Positions 22,073 through 34,920 of a DNA stretch of 64,000 nucleotides are shown here, in pieces (the first letter of the stretch is position 1; the number at the start of each line of letters is the position of its first letter). The position numbers were made by a program, and so were the translations under genes. The notes beneath the pieces were generated by a model, which was not told the origin of the DNA, made no database searches, and saw only the letters and a program-made list of their open reading frames with translations. The DNA is taken from positions 714,612,001-714,676,000 of the forward strand of contig NW_027362762.1 in the NCBI RefSeq assembly GCF_046119375.1. The letters run 5' to 3'. This stretch comes from Phyllobates terribilis (lineage: Eukaryota).

Positions 22073-23905
22073 TTAAAGAGTCAATATGTTTACAATTTTT
22101 ATTTCATAAATCAATGGTACAGATGAAAATAAGTAACTTTGTAATAACATGCTGTATCTTTCCAGAGAAATCTGCTTCCTTCTCCACCTGTGTTGATTTT
22201 TTTTCACTCTCAGTTCATGGGTTAAATCTTTATTCAGTGAAGTCAGATTTTCACATAACGTGATAGTGACTCGCCCCCTGGGCTGAGGGGCACCCGGAAC
22301 CGGGCCTCTGGGGGGTGTAGTATCCGTGGCGGTGACCCGGTCCCGTGGCTCAGGGTGGTCAGGCCAATGGCGGTATTTTGTGGGGGTTCTAGATTAATTG
22401 TCCGACTACGGCACCCGCGGATTGCGGTCAACGTGGACCGCCGCTGCAAGGTAGACCGCTGGGGCTGATGGTGTATGCAGCTGAGGTAGTGTGACTCCCC
22501 ACGGGAAGAGTGCAGCCCCAGGGCAGTAAGAGTGGATGATGGGAGTGATGGTGCGAGCGTCCCAGCACTAGTAGTGCTGGCGCGGCGATGAAGCACAGAG
22601 ACGTGGGATTGTAGTTCAAAGGCTTTACTCACAGTTCTTTATATTCCAAATCACTTCAGTACCGGTAGTGACTGCCCAAGCCGTGCTGCGTCCACCAGGA
22701 AAGGGGCTCGGTCAACCCCCAGGCAATTCCAGAGTGTGGCACAGGACTCCCTTCGATTCCTTTCTCTGGCCGTGCCCCACCAGTGACACTACTTTTGTCC
22801 AGCGGCCTCGGGCCTTCTCTTGGGATGTTGGATGTCCACTTCCCTGACCCTATGTGGTGTGCCTTTCTAGTAGGTGTAGTGAGGGGTCGCACCAAGATGT
22901 GATCACGACCACCGGTCCTTGGCTGAGGATTAGTCGCCTCCGCCAACTTGGGATCCGGTACCCTGTTCTGCCAACCCGTCACCCGCAATCTCCTGGGCCT
23001 TTGGGGTTCCTTCTGCCCTCGTGTCTCTGGCCCTCTCTTAGTGTTTCGTTCCTTTCTTCCTTTCCTTTCGGTTCCTCTCTGCTGGTCCTGTCCTCTCTGC
23101 TGTTTCTGGCCTTCTCTCCAGACCTGCCTCGTGGAGCTGGGCCCAGGCTGAGCCACAGCTCCCTGTCAGCCCTCTCTGGCTGAGCTCCTTCTCTCACCGA
23201 ACTGACTGAACTCACTCCTGTCCTAAGATGGTGCCCACCTTATATACCTCCCTCTCTGTGTATGAGCCCAGGTGACTTGCAACCAATGGGCTCCTACCTA
23301 TGCCCAGAGACCGTCCCCTCCTGCTCCTACATCACTGGGTTTTCCTCCCCCCTCCCCACACCAGCCAGGGACAGATGCTGTCGTGCCTGCACTTCTGTCT
23401 AGTGGGAGCACCGTTGAGCTGTCCCTCGGAAATGGGGTGTGTGTGATGCATGCAGCCTACCGAGCCCTGGTCCACCCTCCATCCTTACCCAGGAGTGGGA
23501 TATCACACCTCTGGCAGAGGTGCAATACCCCTGTAGCGGCCGAACCCTCGGGGCTCTACAATAGGAGATGACAGTTGGTGCTTTTAAAATTTTATGGTGA
23601 AGTGAGAGGGGAGTTGGAGGGAGGAACTAGAGGCAGACACAGACATTTTGCTGCAAGTTCCCCTGAAACAGCAGTTACGGTTCTCCATAGAACTTTATGA
23701 ACACAAACTATCATCTCCTATCTCAGTAATGGAAATGTCTGTGTTCACTGAAGACAGATTTTAGGCGTGAATTAAAAAATATTGAGAATGATCAGTCCAG
23801 GAGAAGAAATAAGTAGATTTCTCTAATAAAATATATTGCAAGGTTTCATATTTTAATGTGTTCTATTGATTTTTCAAAAAAATTAAAATGACAGTTACTT
23901 TTTAA
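22073..23905. mobile_element. TTAA-flanked MITE (T2/Kolobok-like), interrupted by a solo LTR
   Basis: TTAAAGAG... at 22073 and ...gacagttactttTTAA at 23905. Confidence 0.5.
22267..23560 (-). mobile_element. Solo LTR with 4-bp TSD
   Basis: TG...CA ends, ATAG on both sides, and homology to 31489-32699 and 63879-64000. Confidence 0.88.
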
Positions 23906-23922
23906 ATAAATAGCTGAATATT

Positions 23923-24180
23923 GGGCAGCGCAATGGCTCAGTGGTTAGCACTGCAGACTTGCCGTGCTGGGGTCCTGAGTTCAAATCCCACCAAGGACAG
24001 CATCTGATAGGAGTTTGTATGTTCTCCCTGTGTTTGTGTGGGTTTCCTCCAGGTACACTGGTTTCTTCCCACACTCCAAAGACATACTGATAGGGAATTT
24101 AGATTGTAAGCCCCAATGTGGACAGGATGATATTGTCTGTGAAGAACTGTGGAATTAATGGTGCTATATAAGTGATAGTA
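23923..24180 (+). mobile_element. tRNA-derived SINE (V-SINE-like)
   Basis: A box TGGCTCAGTGG, B box GAGTTCAAATCC, central gtttgtatgttctccctgtgtttgtgtgggtttcctcc block. Confidence 0.85.
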
Positions 24181-25189
24181 TATATATTATAATATATAAA
24201 TATTGCAGATCTGTGAAGTCAGAGATGGAGTTGGACTATGAGCTAATTTGGAGTATAAAGTCTGTGAGTCTCCTGATCCAAACTTTCAGTTTGAGAGACA
24301 CATATGAGGCTGTAAATTGAATTGGGAGACCTGCAGTCAATATAGGCACTGAGATCTGTATATGGACCATGAAATGCGCCCATCTGAACCCGGCCTTATA
24401 CTAAATATCTTCATGCTGCTTCAATGCCCTTAGTTAAAATGTGTGAACCTGTGTTTCACATGCTCAATAGTTAAATTTCTGGTCAAAAGACCAGAGGAGG
24501 AAGATTTGCACTCAACATGCCGGTAGTAATGTCAGCCTGAAGAAGTCTGATGTTACCATTCTACATACATATATTTGTTAGTACTAGTGTTGAGCATTCC
24601 GATACTGAAATATCGGGTATCGGCTGATATTCGCGGTATCGGAATTCCGATACTCTTACAATATCGAATACCGGAATCGGAAGTTCCCATAATGCCTGCG
24701 CTCTGCAGTGTCTCTGAAGTATGACAAGCTGGATGGCAGCGCTCAGCTGAGATCCAGCCTGTCATCAGAATGCCATCCCAGCGTGGGAGAATTCTCCTGA
24801 TCGTTTAAAAGCCGGCGGGCGGTAAAAAGCCGCCGGCTTTTAAACAATCACACAGCCCCATACTGCTTCCCCGCAGCCTCCCACCCCGATCGTAAGTTAG
24901 GACCGGGCGGGGAGCGCAGCACCAAGGAGCGGGGAGCGAAGGACCCGGGCGGGGAAGCCGGCAGTGAAAAGACTTCACCGCCGGCTTTCCCGTTCTGTGC
25001 TGCGCTTTCCCGCCGGTTATTTCAAATGAACAGCTGAGGTATCAGGTGATGCTGATCAGCTGTTCATTTGAAGTCACCGCGGTGCCCTGAGAGGGTTCAT
25101 GTGAGTTCATGCTTAACTGCATGAACTCACATGAACTTTCCCACGGCTGCACAGGTCAGCCTCACCTCCCAAACGATCAGCCCGTCATG

Positions 25190-25480
25190 ATTGGTGTGTG
25201 TGGGTGTCTGTGCGTGTGTCTGCGAGTGTGTGCGAGGTGTCTGTGCGTGTGTCTGCGAGTGCGGGTGTGTGTGCGATGTCTGCGGGTGTGTACGGTGTCT
25301 GTGCGATGTGTGCGGGTGTGTGCGGTGTCTGTGCGATGTCTGCGGGTGTGTGCGGTGTCTGTGCGATGTGTGCGGGTGTGTGCGCGGTGTCTGTGCGAGG
25401 TCTGCGAGTGTGTGCGGTGTCTGTGCGATGTGTGCGAGTGTGTGCGGTGTCTGTGCGATGTCTGCGGGTGTGTGCGTGCA
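25190..25480. repeat. GT-rich mini/microsatellite
   Basis: Repeats of gtgtctgtgcgatgt(c/g)tgcgggtgtgtgc. Confidence 0.9.
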
Positions 25481-26978
25481 GGCAGACATAGGCCGATGTG
25501 ACACTACTACTCCCATCGGCCTATGTCTGTCCCCCGTCCACTCGTGCCAGCAGGATCAGCTCGATGGGAGCAATAGTTCCCATCAGCCTGATCCTGCTAT
25601 TTAAATTGCCCTACTGTGTCCCCAATAAATTTTAAATACATGTCATTGGTGGCCAGTGGTTACCTAAAATAAATTAGTTTATACATTACCTGTCCCCGCC
25701 GATCGCCACCTAAAATAAAGTAAAAAATAAAAAACTACACCTATACTCACCTAGACACCTAATTCCACGAAGCCATCGATCTCCTGTAATAAAATATAAA
25801 ATAATAAACCACAACCTTATCCTTACCCCTCCGTAGTAGTCCATGAGTGTCCCACGATGATCTCCAGTTTAGAGCAGCCACATAGAATGTGACCGCTCTG
25901 AACCGCTGCCGCCGCTAGAATGATGGGGCCGTAAAGCAGCCCCTTCATTGCATAAGCGGGTTCGCCGGAGTTCAGGCAGCGCTGCTCCGGTTAGCTCCTT
26001 TACGGCCCTGCTGTATCGTGAGAAATTCCCACGGTATAGCAGTGCCGTAAAGGAGGTCTCCGGAGCTGCGCTGCCTGAATGCACTCCGGTGACCTCAGTC
26101 AGTGGCTCCCGCTGCCGGGAGCGGACGTGTTCCCGGCAGTGTGAGCTTACAGCAGCCATGCACAGCTGTCACCATCTCCAGATGAGACAGCTGTGCATGG
26201 GAGATCAGCGCAGGAACGTGGACAGGTAACTATTTTTTTTAAGTAAACTAAGAATTAAATAAAATTGTGTGTTTTATTTCAAATAAATTATTTTTTTCTG
26301 GGTGTAGTGTGTTTTTTTCTTTTTAACACTTTGTAGATTAGTAATGGGGGTGTCTTATAGACGCCCATCATTACTAACCTGGGCTTCATGGCAGCTGGCG
26401 CTGACATGAACCCCAACCCTATTACCCCCTGCCACCGCACCAGGGCAGCGTGGAAGAGCGAGGCTAAGTGCCAGAGTTGGCGCATCCTATGGATGCACCA
26501 TTTCTGGGGCGGCTGACGGCTGGTGTTTCTAGCCTGGGAGGGGGCCAATATTTATGGCACCCTTCCTGGGCTATTAATATCAGCCCCCAGCTGTCTGCCT
26601 AGCCTTTGCTAGCTATAAAATAGGGGGTACCCCACATCATTTTTTGGGGGGGGTCCCCCATTTTAATAGCTAGTACAGGCTAGGTATTCAGCTGGGGGCT
26701 GATATTAGTAGTCTGGGAAGCTCCGTGGGTATTACCCACTTCCCAGGCTTCAAACATCTGCCCCAGCCGTCTGCTTAACCTCCGCTAGAGCCTAAAATTA
26801 TGGGGGATCCCACGCCAATTTTTTTTTAAATAAATCCTTCATTTTAACACTAAATGACATTTGAGGAGTTAATAAAGATGCAGTCCCTAAATTATTATTT
26901 ATTTTTTAATTAATTTTTCCCAAAAATTTTGACGTGGGCTTTGCCATATTTTTGTATGCCAGCCAGGTACAGCATCCA

Positions 26979-27834
26979 GCTTCTATGAACGCGCCATTTT
27001 CCGGGGTGCCTGCGGACTGCAATTTGTACCGGGGGGGGGGCAGAAAGCTTGGGCCTCCCTGCGCCGCAGATTCCATCCCCCAGCTGCCTAGTTGTACCTG
27101 GCTGGACACACAAATAGGGAGAAGCCCCACGCTTTTTTTTTTTTTAATTATTTCATGAAATTCATGAAATAATTTTAAAAAAAAAGGGCTTCCCTATATT
27201 GTTGTGTCCGGCCAGGTACAAATAGGCAGCTGGTGGTTGGGCGCAGCCCGTTCCTGCCTGCTGTACCTGGCTGGACACAAAAATAGTGCGAAGCCCCACG
27301 TCAATTTTTTTTTAATTATTTCAGGAAATTCATGAAATAATTAAAAAAAAATTGATGTGGGGCTTCGCCCTATATTTGTGTCCAGCCAGGTACAGCAGGC
27401 AGGAACGGGCTGCGCCCAACCACCAGCTGCCTATTTGTACCTGGCCGGACACAACAATATAGGGAAGCCCTTTTTTTAAAAAATTATTTCATGAAATAAT
27501 TTTAAAAAAATTGACGTGGGGCTTCGCACTATATTTGTGTCCAGCCAGGTACAGCAGGCAGGAACGGGCAGCCCCCAACCACCAGCTGCCTATTTGTACC
27601 TGGTTGGACACAACAATATAGGGAAGCCCTTTTTTTCTTAATTATTTCATGAATTTCATGAAATAATTAAAAAAAAAAATACGTGGGGCTTCGCCCTATT
27701 TTTGTGTCCAGCCAGGTACAACTAGGCAGCTGGGGGCTGGAATCCGCAGCGCAGGGAGGCCCAAGCTTTCTGGGCCCCACCCGCTGCAAATTGCAGTCCG
27801 CAGCCACCCCGGAAAATGGCGCATTCATAGAAGC
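26979..27834. repeat. About 855-bp inverted-repeat structure with internal alternating units
   Basis: gcttctatgaacgcgccattttccgggg... pairs with ...ccccggaaaatggcgcattcatagaagc. Confidence 0.85.
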
Positions 27835-28189
27835 GCCATCTTCTGGCGCTGTACCCAACTCATCCAGGGCCCTGGTGCGGTGGCTCACTGGGTAATAAAG
27901 GGGTTAAGGCCAGCTTGGCATTATCAGCTGGCCCTAAGCCCAAAATTCATGGGGTCACGCCAATATTAGACTTGACCACCATGAATTTCTAGTAAAGTAT
28001 TTAAAAAAAACACAACACCCAGAAAAAAGTCCTTTAATTGAAATAAACACACAATTCTTTATTGTTCTAAATTAAACTATACTTACCATCTCGCCCATTC
28101 CAGCTGAAGCCAACGATCTCCTGCAATAAAAGAAAAATAATAAAGCAACCTCATCCTTACCTTTCCATGGTTCCCACGACAGCTTCAGC

Positions 28190-28719
28190 TCTGCTACATC
28201 GAGATGACCGGCTGGACCGCAGCAGAACGCTGCCATCCAGCCTGTCATCCCGCAGACACTGAGAAGCGCAGGCTTGCTTGCGCTCTTCAGTGTCTCTCTG
28301 TGACGGCATAAAGATGAGCCGAGGTCATGTCCAATGAACTCGGCTCACCTCATGCACGTCACTGACAGCGTGGGAAAATTCTCCTGCACTCAGCGCTTCA
28401 GCGTGAGAATTTTCCCACGCTGTCAGTGAGGTGAATGAGGTGAGGTCATGTCCAATGAACTCAGCTCACCTCATGCACGTCACTGACAGCGTGGGAAAAT
28501 TCTCACGCTGAAGCGCTGAGTGCAGGAGAATTCTCCCACGCTGTCAGTGACGTGCATGAGGTGAGCTGAGTTCACTGGACATGAACTCGGATCATCTGGA
28601 TGCCGTCACAGAGAGACACTGAAGAGCGCAAGCAAGCCTGTGCTTCTCAGTGTCTGCGGGATGACAGGCTGGATGGCAGCGTTCTGCTGCGGTCCAGCCT
28701 GTCATCTTGATGTAGCAGA
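28190..28719. repeat. 530-bp near-perfect palindrome with nested hairpins
   Basis: tctgctacatcgagatgac... pairs with ...gtcatcttgatgtagcaga. Confidence 0.92.
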
Positions 28720-30952
28720 CACACATCATCTTCTCTCACCGTCTGTTAAGGCTATGTGCGCACGTTCAGGATTTGAATGCAGAAATTTCTGCAGCATTTC
28801 TGCATCTCTTGGCAGTAAAAACACTGCTCAAAAAATGCACGTTTTGCTGTGATTTTGATGCTTTTTTATGAGTTTTTGAATGTGTTTTTTTAATGCTCTT
28901 TTGGACATCAATGAATGCTTTTTGGAGCTTGTAAAGATCTGAGGTTGTGGGTTGTAAGTAATCACCTAGGAAGGTTAACGATGCAACAATATTTTATTGA
29001 TCACAGCCATGGTAATAAAGCAATTCCAGGTAAATGGCCAAAATACAGTTCTCTCAGTCCTCAAGTTCCCAATCTGGGTTCAGTAGTTCCACTGGCTTTG
29101 TATAAGGCCATACTCACTGTCTCCCAACTTTTGGTTGGCCCACAGATTTCGTATCTCCAGCCAGTATAGTCTGTAGCCACAGTCCATGATCCTCTAGACG
29201 GCAGATAAAACGATGAAAGCACAGGTATCCAGTAGCAGCAGTCCTTTTAAGAAAGTTTAAATCCAAACAACATAATCCATAAGGGTAACATCTTTATCCA
29301 TCCATCCTTCCAAGTCCATGGTCTCCATCCTCTTCCTTCAATCCTTCCACACCACTCTCTAAAACATGTCTCCACTTTCTTCCACTGGGATCAGTCCCCT
29401 CCCTGGTCAGAAGTGATCACACTCTCTCCCTTTAACATTCACTGTTCGCTAAAACAATGAAGAATATTCTAGAAGCCTTCATCTGAGACTGCATGTAAGA
29501 CCCCCTGTGGTGACGGCTCCACTGTGTCTTAATCTACACTCACCTAATGAGATTATTGGCTGTTGAAACAATGGACTCCTGAGATAAAGATGAGATTAGT
29601 GGAATGCTGGACATTTTACAAGTGAATCTTACATACTGACAAGTGAGCAGAACTATATAAAACATAACAAGTAAATCACTAATAAAACACAATAATGATA
29701 TTGACAAAATGGTGGTCCATTGCTGGAAAAGTATCATAGTCTTTAGTAAGTGGGCAGCTCCTCACAGCGCTAAATAAAGATATTTGAAAAAAGAAACGTA
29801 GGACATTGCTTCAACCCTTGGATTATTATCAGACCTGGGGTGAGTATATTCGTTAATTTAAATAATTAAAGAATGTGTCTGCTGTATTTCAAATAAACTG
29901 TTTACTCTGTGTGTGTGTGTTTATTTAACTCTTTACTTTACTTTAATTAGCTTTTAGTAATGAAAGTGTCTGATTGACACCTTGTCATCACCAAACAAAA
30001 AGGCTATGTGTCAGCTAATCCCATACACCCAAGCTCATTATCATTACCATTCAAGTCATTTCTGGGGCAGCTGAGAGTTGCTATTTTTAGCTTAGGAAGG
30101 TGCCATTACGCAAACATGTTCCCTGGCTATTAAAAGCAGCTCACAGCTGTTTCATTAGCCTGTATGTCCTTACGAACAGCAACAAGCAGCGCTTTGAAAG
30201 CAGCATATTTTCGCTGCGTCCAAAATCCTGTATTCTAATGCTGCACTTTTGTTGTCAATACACGTGGATCCACCACATATAATGACATTTCGATCGGTCG
30301 AAATCTGCCGCGGAGACTAGCGTGTCTGCTACAGAAATTGACATGCTGTGGGTGAGTTTGGGTACGTGGCCACAATCAGGAGCTGCTGCAGGTTTGAAGA
30401 TGCGTGTTTATGCAGTGTCAAACCTGCAGCATCCAGATGTTACAGCTAGTGTTGAGCCACCCCCGTAGTGTTCGAGTTCGGTTCGGTTCGTCGAACACCC
30501 GTGTGTTCGCCGAACTGTTCGTCGAACTGTTCGTCGAACACCTTCGAACACCGTTAAAACCAATGGCAGGCAAACAAAAACACATAGAAACACATACAAA
30601 ACACCTTCAAAGGTGTCCAAAAGCTGACAAACTGCTCAGAAGACACAACTAACACATGGAAAAGTGACAAGTACATATAGTCATGCGAAAAGAAAAGAGG
30701 TGGAGGAGTAAAAGAAGGGGGAGACACAGATATAGGCATGTCATGCCCTTCTAAAATCCAAAAAGTGAGAAGCCGAGACGGCCAGTCCGCTCCTGCCCGT
30801 GCCACCTCCGTGTCGCCGGGTTTGTGCCAGAGCCGCGGTGAACCCTGACGGCCAGCCCCCCTCTCCCAATACTGGTGCCTGTCCGCTGGTGGGTCGAGAG
30901 AGCCCCCCTGTGGTGGAGGCAGCTCTAAGCTTTTTAATTTAAATTGTCCCTC

Positions 30953-31217
30953 TAATTTGAATGAATACACTTTAAATCCATTTACAAGGATCTATTGGAG
31001 GGCAAGTCTCATGCCAGCAGCCGCGTAATTCCAGCTCCAGTAGCGTCCACTAAAGCTGCTGCAGTTAAAAAGCTTTTATAAGGATCGAGCTCGGCTGTCC
31101 ACCGCAAGGCATCCTAGTGCCAGTCCCAGCCCCTATGCCTTGGGGTGCCTCCTGATGCTCTTCACTGAGTATCCCGTGGTCCCGAAGCATTTCCTTTGAA
31201 AAAATTAAGTGTCCAAA
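30953..31217 (+). pseudogene. 18S rRNA-derived fragment inside the hAT element
   Basis: ggatctattggagggcaagtc..gccagcagccgcgtaattccagctcc..gctgcagttaaaaagct..ggatcgagct..cccgaagcatttcctttgaaaaaatta matches the 18S helix-18 (530 loop) and V4 region, with many substitutions. Confidence 0.9.
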
Positions 31218-31328
31218 CTACAGGTGGTGTAGCTTGCTTAACAGCCGGGATAATCCGCTGACTAGCAGACACTGCTACTAGGCACAAAGTATTTCCTGGG
31301 CTAGATGCAGTTAAAAATTTGTAAGTAG

Positions 31329-33150
31329 ATACTCTCGTTGGATGCTGAGAAAGCATTCCATAGAGTCTCCTGGCACGCCATATATGATTCTCTTAAAAAG
31401 CTTGGGGTAGGGGTCTAGGGGACCATTTTATAGCCAAAATCACGGCCCTGTATCACAATACGTCACCTAGGCTGAAGATAAATGGAACTGTAGCACCGAG
31501 GGCTCGGTTGCTACAGACGTATTGCACCTCACCCAGAGGTGTGATATCTCACTCTCAGATAAGGATGGAGTGTGGATCAGGACCCGACACCTGCATGCAT
31601 TACACCACATTGCCGTGGGGCAGGGCGACCAATATGCCCCTGAGATGGGCACGACAGTCCCTGTCCCTGGCTGGAGTGGGGGGAGGGAACACTGAGGAAG
31701 GGGAACCCTGCAGTGCAGGAGCAGGGAGGAAGCAGTTCCTGGGTGCATTGAGAAGGGAGTATAAAAGGTGGGCACCATCTTAGTTCAGTGCAGAGAAGTC
31801 TGAGCAGAAGTGGCAGGGAGCAGGGGCTCTGCATGAGCTCTGCTCCGGAGGCGGGCCTAGTAACAGAGGCCCAGGCCTGCAAGAGGGAGAAGGAAGGAAG
31901 AGGAGCGGAGAAGGCTCCAGGAACGAGGAATGAAGGGATCCCAGGGGTGCGGACGGGCGAGTCGCCACCGCACGCCCGAATCCACCTGCGTGGAGGGGTC
32001 AGGCCAAAGGGGGAGACCGGTCCCCGAACTAGTGGAGGCAGGAAACGACCCTCAGCTAGAAACCGGAGGCTCTGACATTTTATGTGGTGCAGCCCCTTGC
32101 TCCACCCGCTAGGAAGGCACCACATAGGGTCAGGGAAACTGGCGCCAAGTTTACCAAGAGGAGGCCCGAGGCAGCCGGACAGAAGTGTTGGTAAGAAAGG
32201 CCAGACAAAGGACACACAAAGGGGGTCCTGTGAAGCGCTCCAAAGTTATCTGGGAGTTGTCTGAGCCCCTCACCTGGTGAGCACAGTACGACGTGGGCAG
32301 CCGTTACCTGCAGACGTGGTCTGAATAATAAGAACTGTGAGTAAAGGCCCTGAACTGCATCACTGACTCCGTGTCGTTACTGCTGCTGCCCTGCACCATC
32401 ACCCCCATCCTCCGCATACACTGCCCTGAGGCTATACTCCTCCCGTGGGGAGTTATGCTACGCTCTGCTGCACCCACAACACCAGCCTTAGCGGTCTGCC
32501 CTGTAGCGGCGGTTCACTCTGACCGCAATCCACGGGTGGCGTAGTCGGACATTTAAACATCAAAACCACATAAATAGTTCCGCCACTGGTTTGACCGCCC
32601 TGAGCCACGGAACCGGATCGCCGCCACGAAGACTACAACCACCAGCATCCACCAAAAAGGGTCCGGCTCCGGGTGTCCCAAGGCCCAGGGGGTGCGTCAG
32701 AACATTTTCATCACCTTTCACAATCACCAATGGGACAAGGCAGGGATGTCCTCTGTCCCCTCTCTTATACATCCTAGTGACGGAGCACCTGCTCTCATCA
32801 ATTCGCCATAACCCCAATATTAGGTGGATTGAGGTGGGAGGCACCGAGTACAAGTGCTCTCTATTTGCTGATGATGTCCTAGTATATATCACTCAATCAC
32901 ATATATCCATCCCTGCTGTTATGGCTGAAATAGATCACTTTGTTACATGGTAAAATTTTAAAATCAATGCAGCGAAGTCTGAGGCCCTCGATGTCTCCCT
33001 CCCCAAATCCATATAGGATTCCATCCAGTCCAACTTTCCCTTTGCCTGGCCCTCACAGGGTATCAAATACTTAGGAATTCCTATTCATAGAGACCTCTCC
33101 CATCTATGTTATCTTAATTTTGGGCCCTTTATTGAACAATTCCATACAGA
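31329..33150 (+). pseudogene. L1-type reverse transcriptase fragment (split by the solo LTR)
   Basis: ILSLDAEKAFHRVSW ... KINGT|FSSPFTITNGTRQGCPLSPLLY ... LFADDVL ... IKYLGI. Confidence 0.88.
31489..32699 (+). mobile_element. Solo LTR with 4-bp TSD
   Basis: TGTAGC...GCGTCA flanked by GAAC on both sides. Removing it restores the L1 RT frame. Confidence 0.92.
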
Positions 33151-33221
33151 CCACGGTTGGCAAGTTAGAACTGTAAGATTCACTACGTGAACCACTGGTG
33201 TTTTGTGGAAAAGCACATGTA

Positions 33222-34590
33222 CACCGCGTTCCAAATTATTATGCAAAAAGTGTTTAGGAGTGATAAGGGAAGAATTTGTTTGTTTGTCAGTTAAACTCAT
33301 TGATGGTGATGTGTGTCAGGGCTCTTTATATCACTGTAAGCAATTGCAGACACCTGTGCTAATTAGTTTGGCAGGTGTGTCCAATGAAAGGCAAGACTAC
33401 TTAAGAAGGCTCTCTCACATTATTAAGCAGCCTACATTTTCTGCCAAAATGGGAAAGAAAAAGGATGTGTCGGCTGCTGAGAAGCAACAAATTGTGGAGT
33501 GTTTAGGTCAAGGCATGACTACAATCCACATTGTGCGATGATCAGGATGAAGTGTCTTGGCAATCAAGAAGTATGTAGCTGATTCACAGTACACACGTGT
33601 GCGTGCTGATAAGGGCAAATTGAGGACTCTTTCCTACAGGCAATTACGTCAGGTTGAAAGAGCAGCGGCAAAAAAGCCTTGTCATAGCAGCAGACAAGTT
33701 TTTGAAGCTGCTTGTGCCTCCAACGTCCCCCGAACAACAAGATGCAGGGTCCTTCAGAGGTTTGCAGCTGTGCATACGCCATCCTGTCGACCTCCTCTAT
33801 CCACTTCATACAAGCAGAAACGGCTCCAGTGGGCCAAACATTACATGAAGACTGATTTCAAAACTGTTTTGTTCACGGATGAGTGCCGTGCAGCGCTCGA
33901 TGGTCCAGATGAATGGAGTGGAGGATGGCTGGTTGATGGACACCCCACGCAAACACGGCTACAGCGCCAACAAGGAGGAGGTGGAGTAATGTTTTGGGCT
34001 GGAATCATGGGGAGAGAGATTGTCGGCCCCTTTAGGATCCCTGAAGGCGCTAAAGATGAACTCCATAATGTATGTGGATTTTCTCAAACAGCACTTCCTG
34101 CCATGGTTCAAGAAGAAGAACCGTGTATTTCACAGCAAGATCATTTTTCTGCATGATAATGCACCATCTCATGCTGCACATAAAACATCTGCATCTCTGG
34201 CTGATATGGGCATAAAAGGGGACAAACTTATGGTGTGACCCCCATGCTCCCCTGACCTCTACCCCATTCAGAACCTTTGGAGCATCATTAAAAGGAGTGT
34301 CTATGATGGCGGGAGGCAGTTCACATCTAAGCAACAGCTCTGGGAGGGTATTCTGTCCTCATGCAAAACAATTGAAGCAGAAACCATCCAAAACCTGACA
34401 AATTCAATGGACGAGAGAGTTCAGAAGCTCCTTTCGAACAAGGGGTCCTATGTGAAAATGTAACATCACCTAGAATAAAGTTTTGAGTTGAAAACTGTTT
34501 GATTTCAGTTTCTAATAACCTGCTAATGCTTATAATTTCAAAAATGACCATTTTTTTGGTCTTTATTAAAATGAAAAGGTTGATCGAAAA
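33222..34590 (+). mobile_element. Tc1 transposon, defective and 3'-truncated (transposase about 33449-34463)
   Basis: TA|CACCGCGTTCCAAATTATTATGCAAA left end. Motifs LFTDE, HDNAPSH, SPDLYPIQNLW (E to Q). Frameshifts and stops. Confidence 0.88.
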
Positions 34591-34920
34591 GTTTGGGGGA
34601 TCTAAGAGTGTGGCAACCCAGTAGTCATGATTACTTCGAATTCTGACAATATGAGGGTCATGCTGCAGGTAGTGCAGCAAGAAGGCACTTATGTGTCTTG
34701 CGCATCTCGGAGCCCCAAAATTATTTTCCGGGCTAGATGCAGCTAAAAATTATTTTTAATTTTAAATCTGGTGAAGCTTATTATAGATGGCCTAATAGGA
34801 TCAGTGCTGCACACTGCTACAAAGCCCAAATTATTTTCCAGTCAAGATACAGATAAACATGATTAGTAATTTGAAAGCTTAAAACGGTTGGTAGGGTGAT
34901 TTTAACCAATCATCAAGCTT

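Larger units (their letters stand above)
24585..28720. mobile_element. Composite non-autonomous repeat region starting with a hAT-type TIR (TAGTGTTGAGC); right end not found
   Basis: TIR at 24585 and CCGATAC-rich subterminal repeats. The empty-site version is visible at about 17617-17630. Confidence 0.55.

Noticed and set aside
25109-25604. Cys/Val-rich and His/Thr-rich ORFs
   Set aside because: Translations of a GT-rich microsatellite.
30953-31217. Functional 18S rRNA gene
   Set aside because: Only about 265 nt, with mutations in universally conserved positions and no rDNA context.
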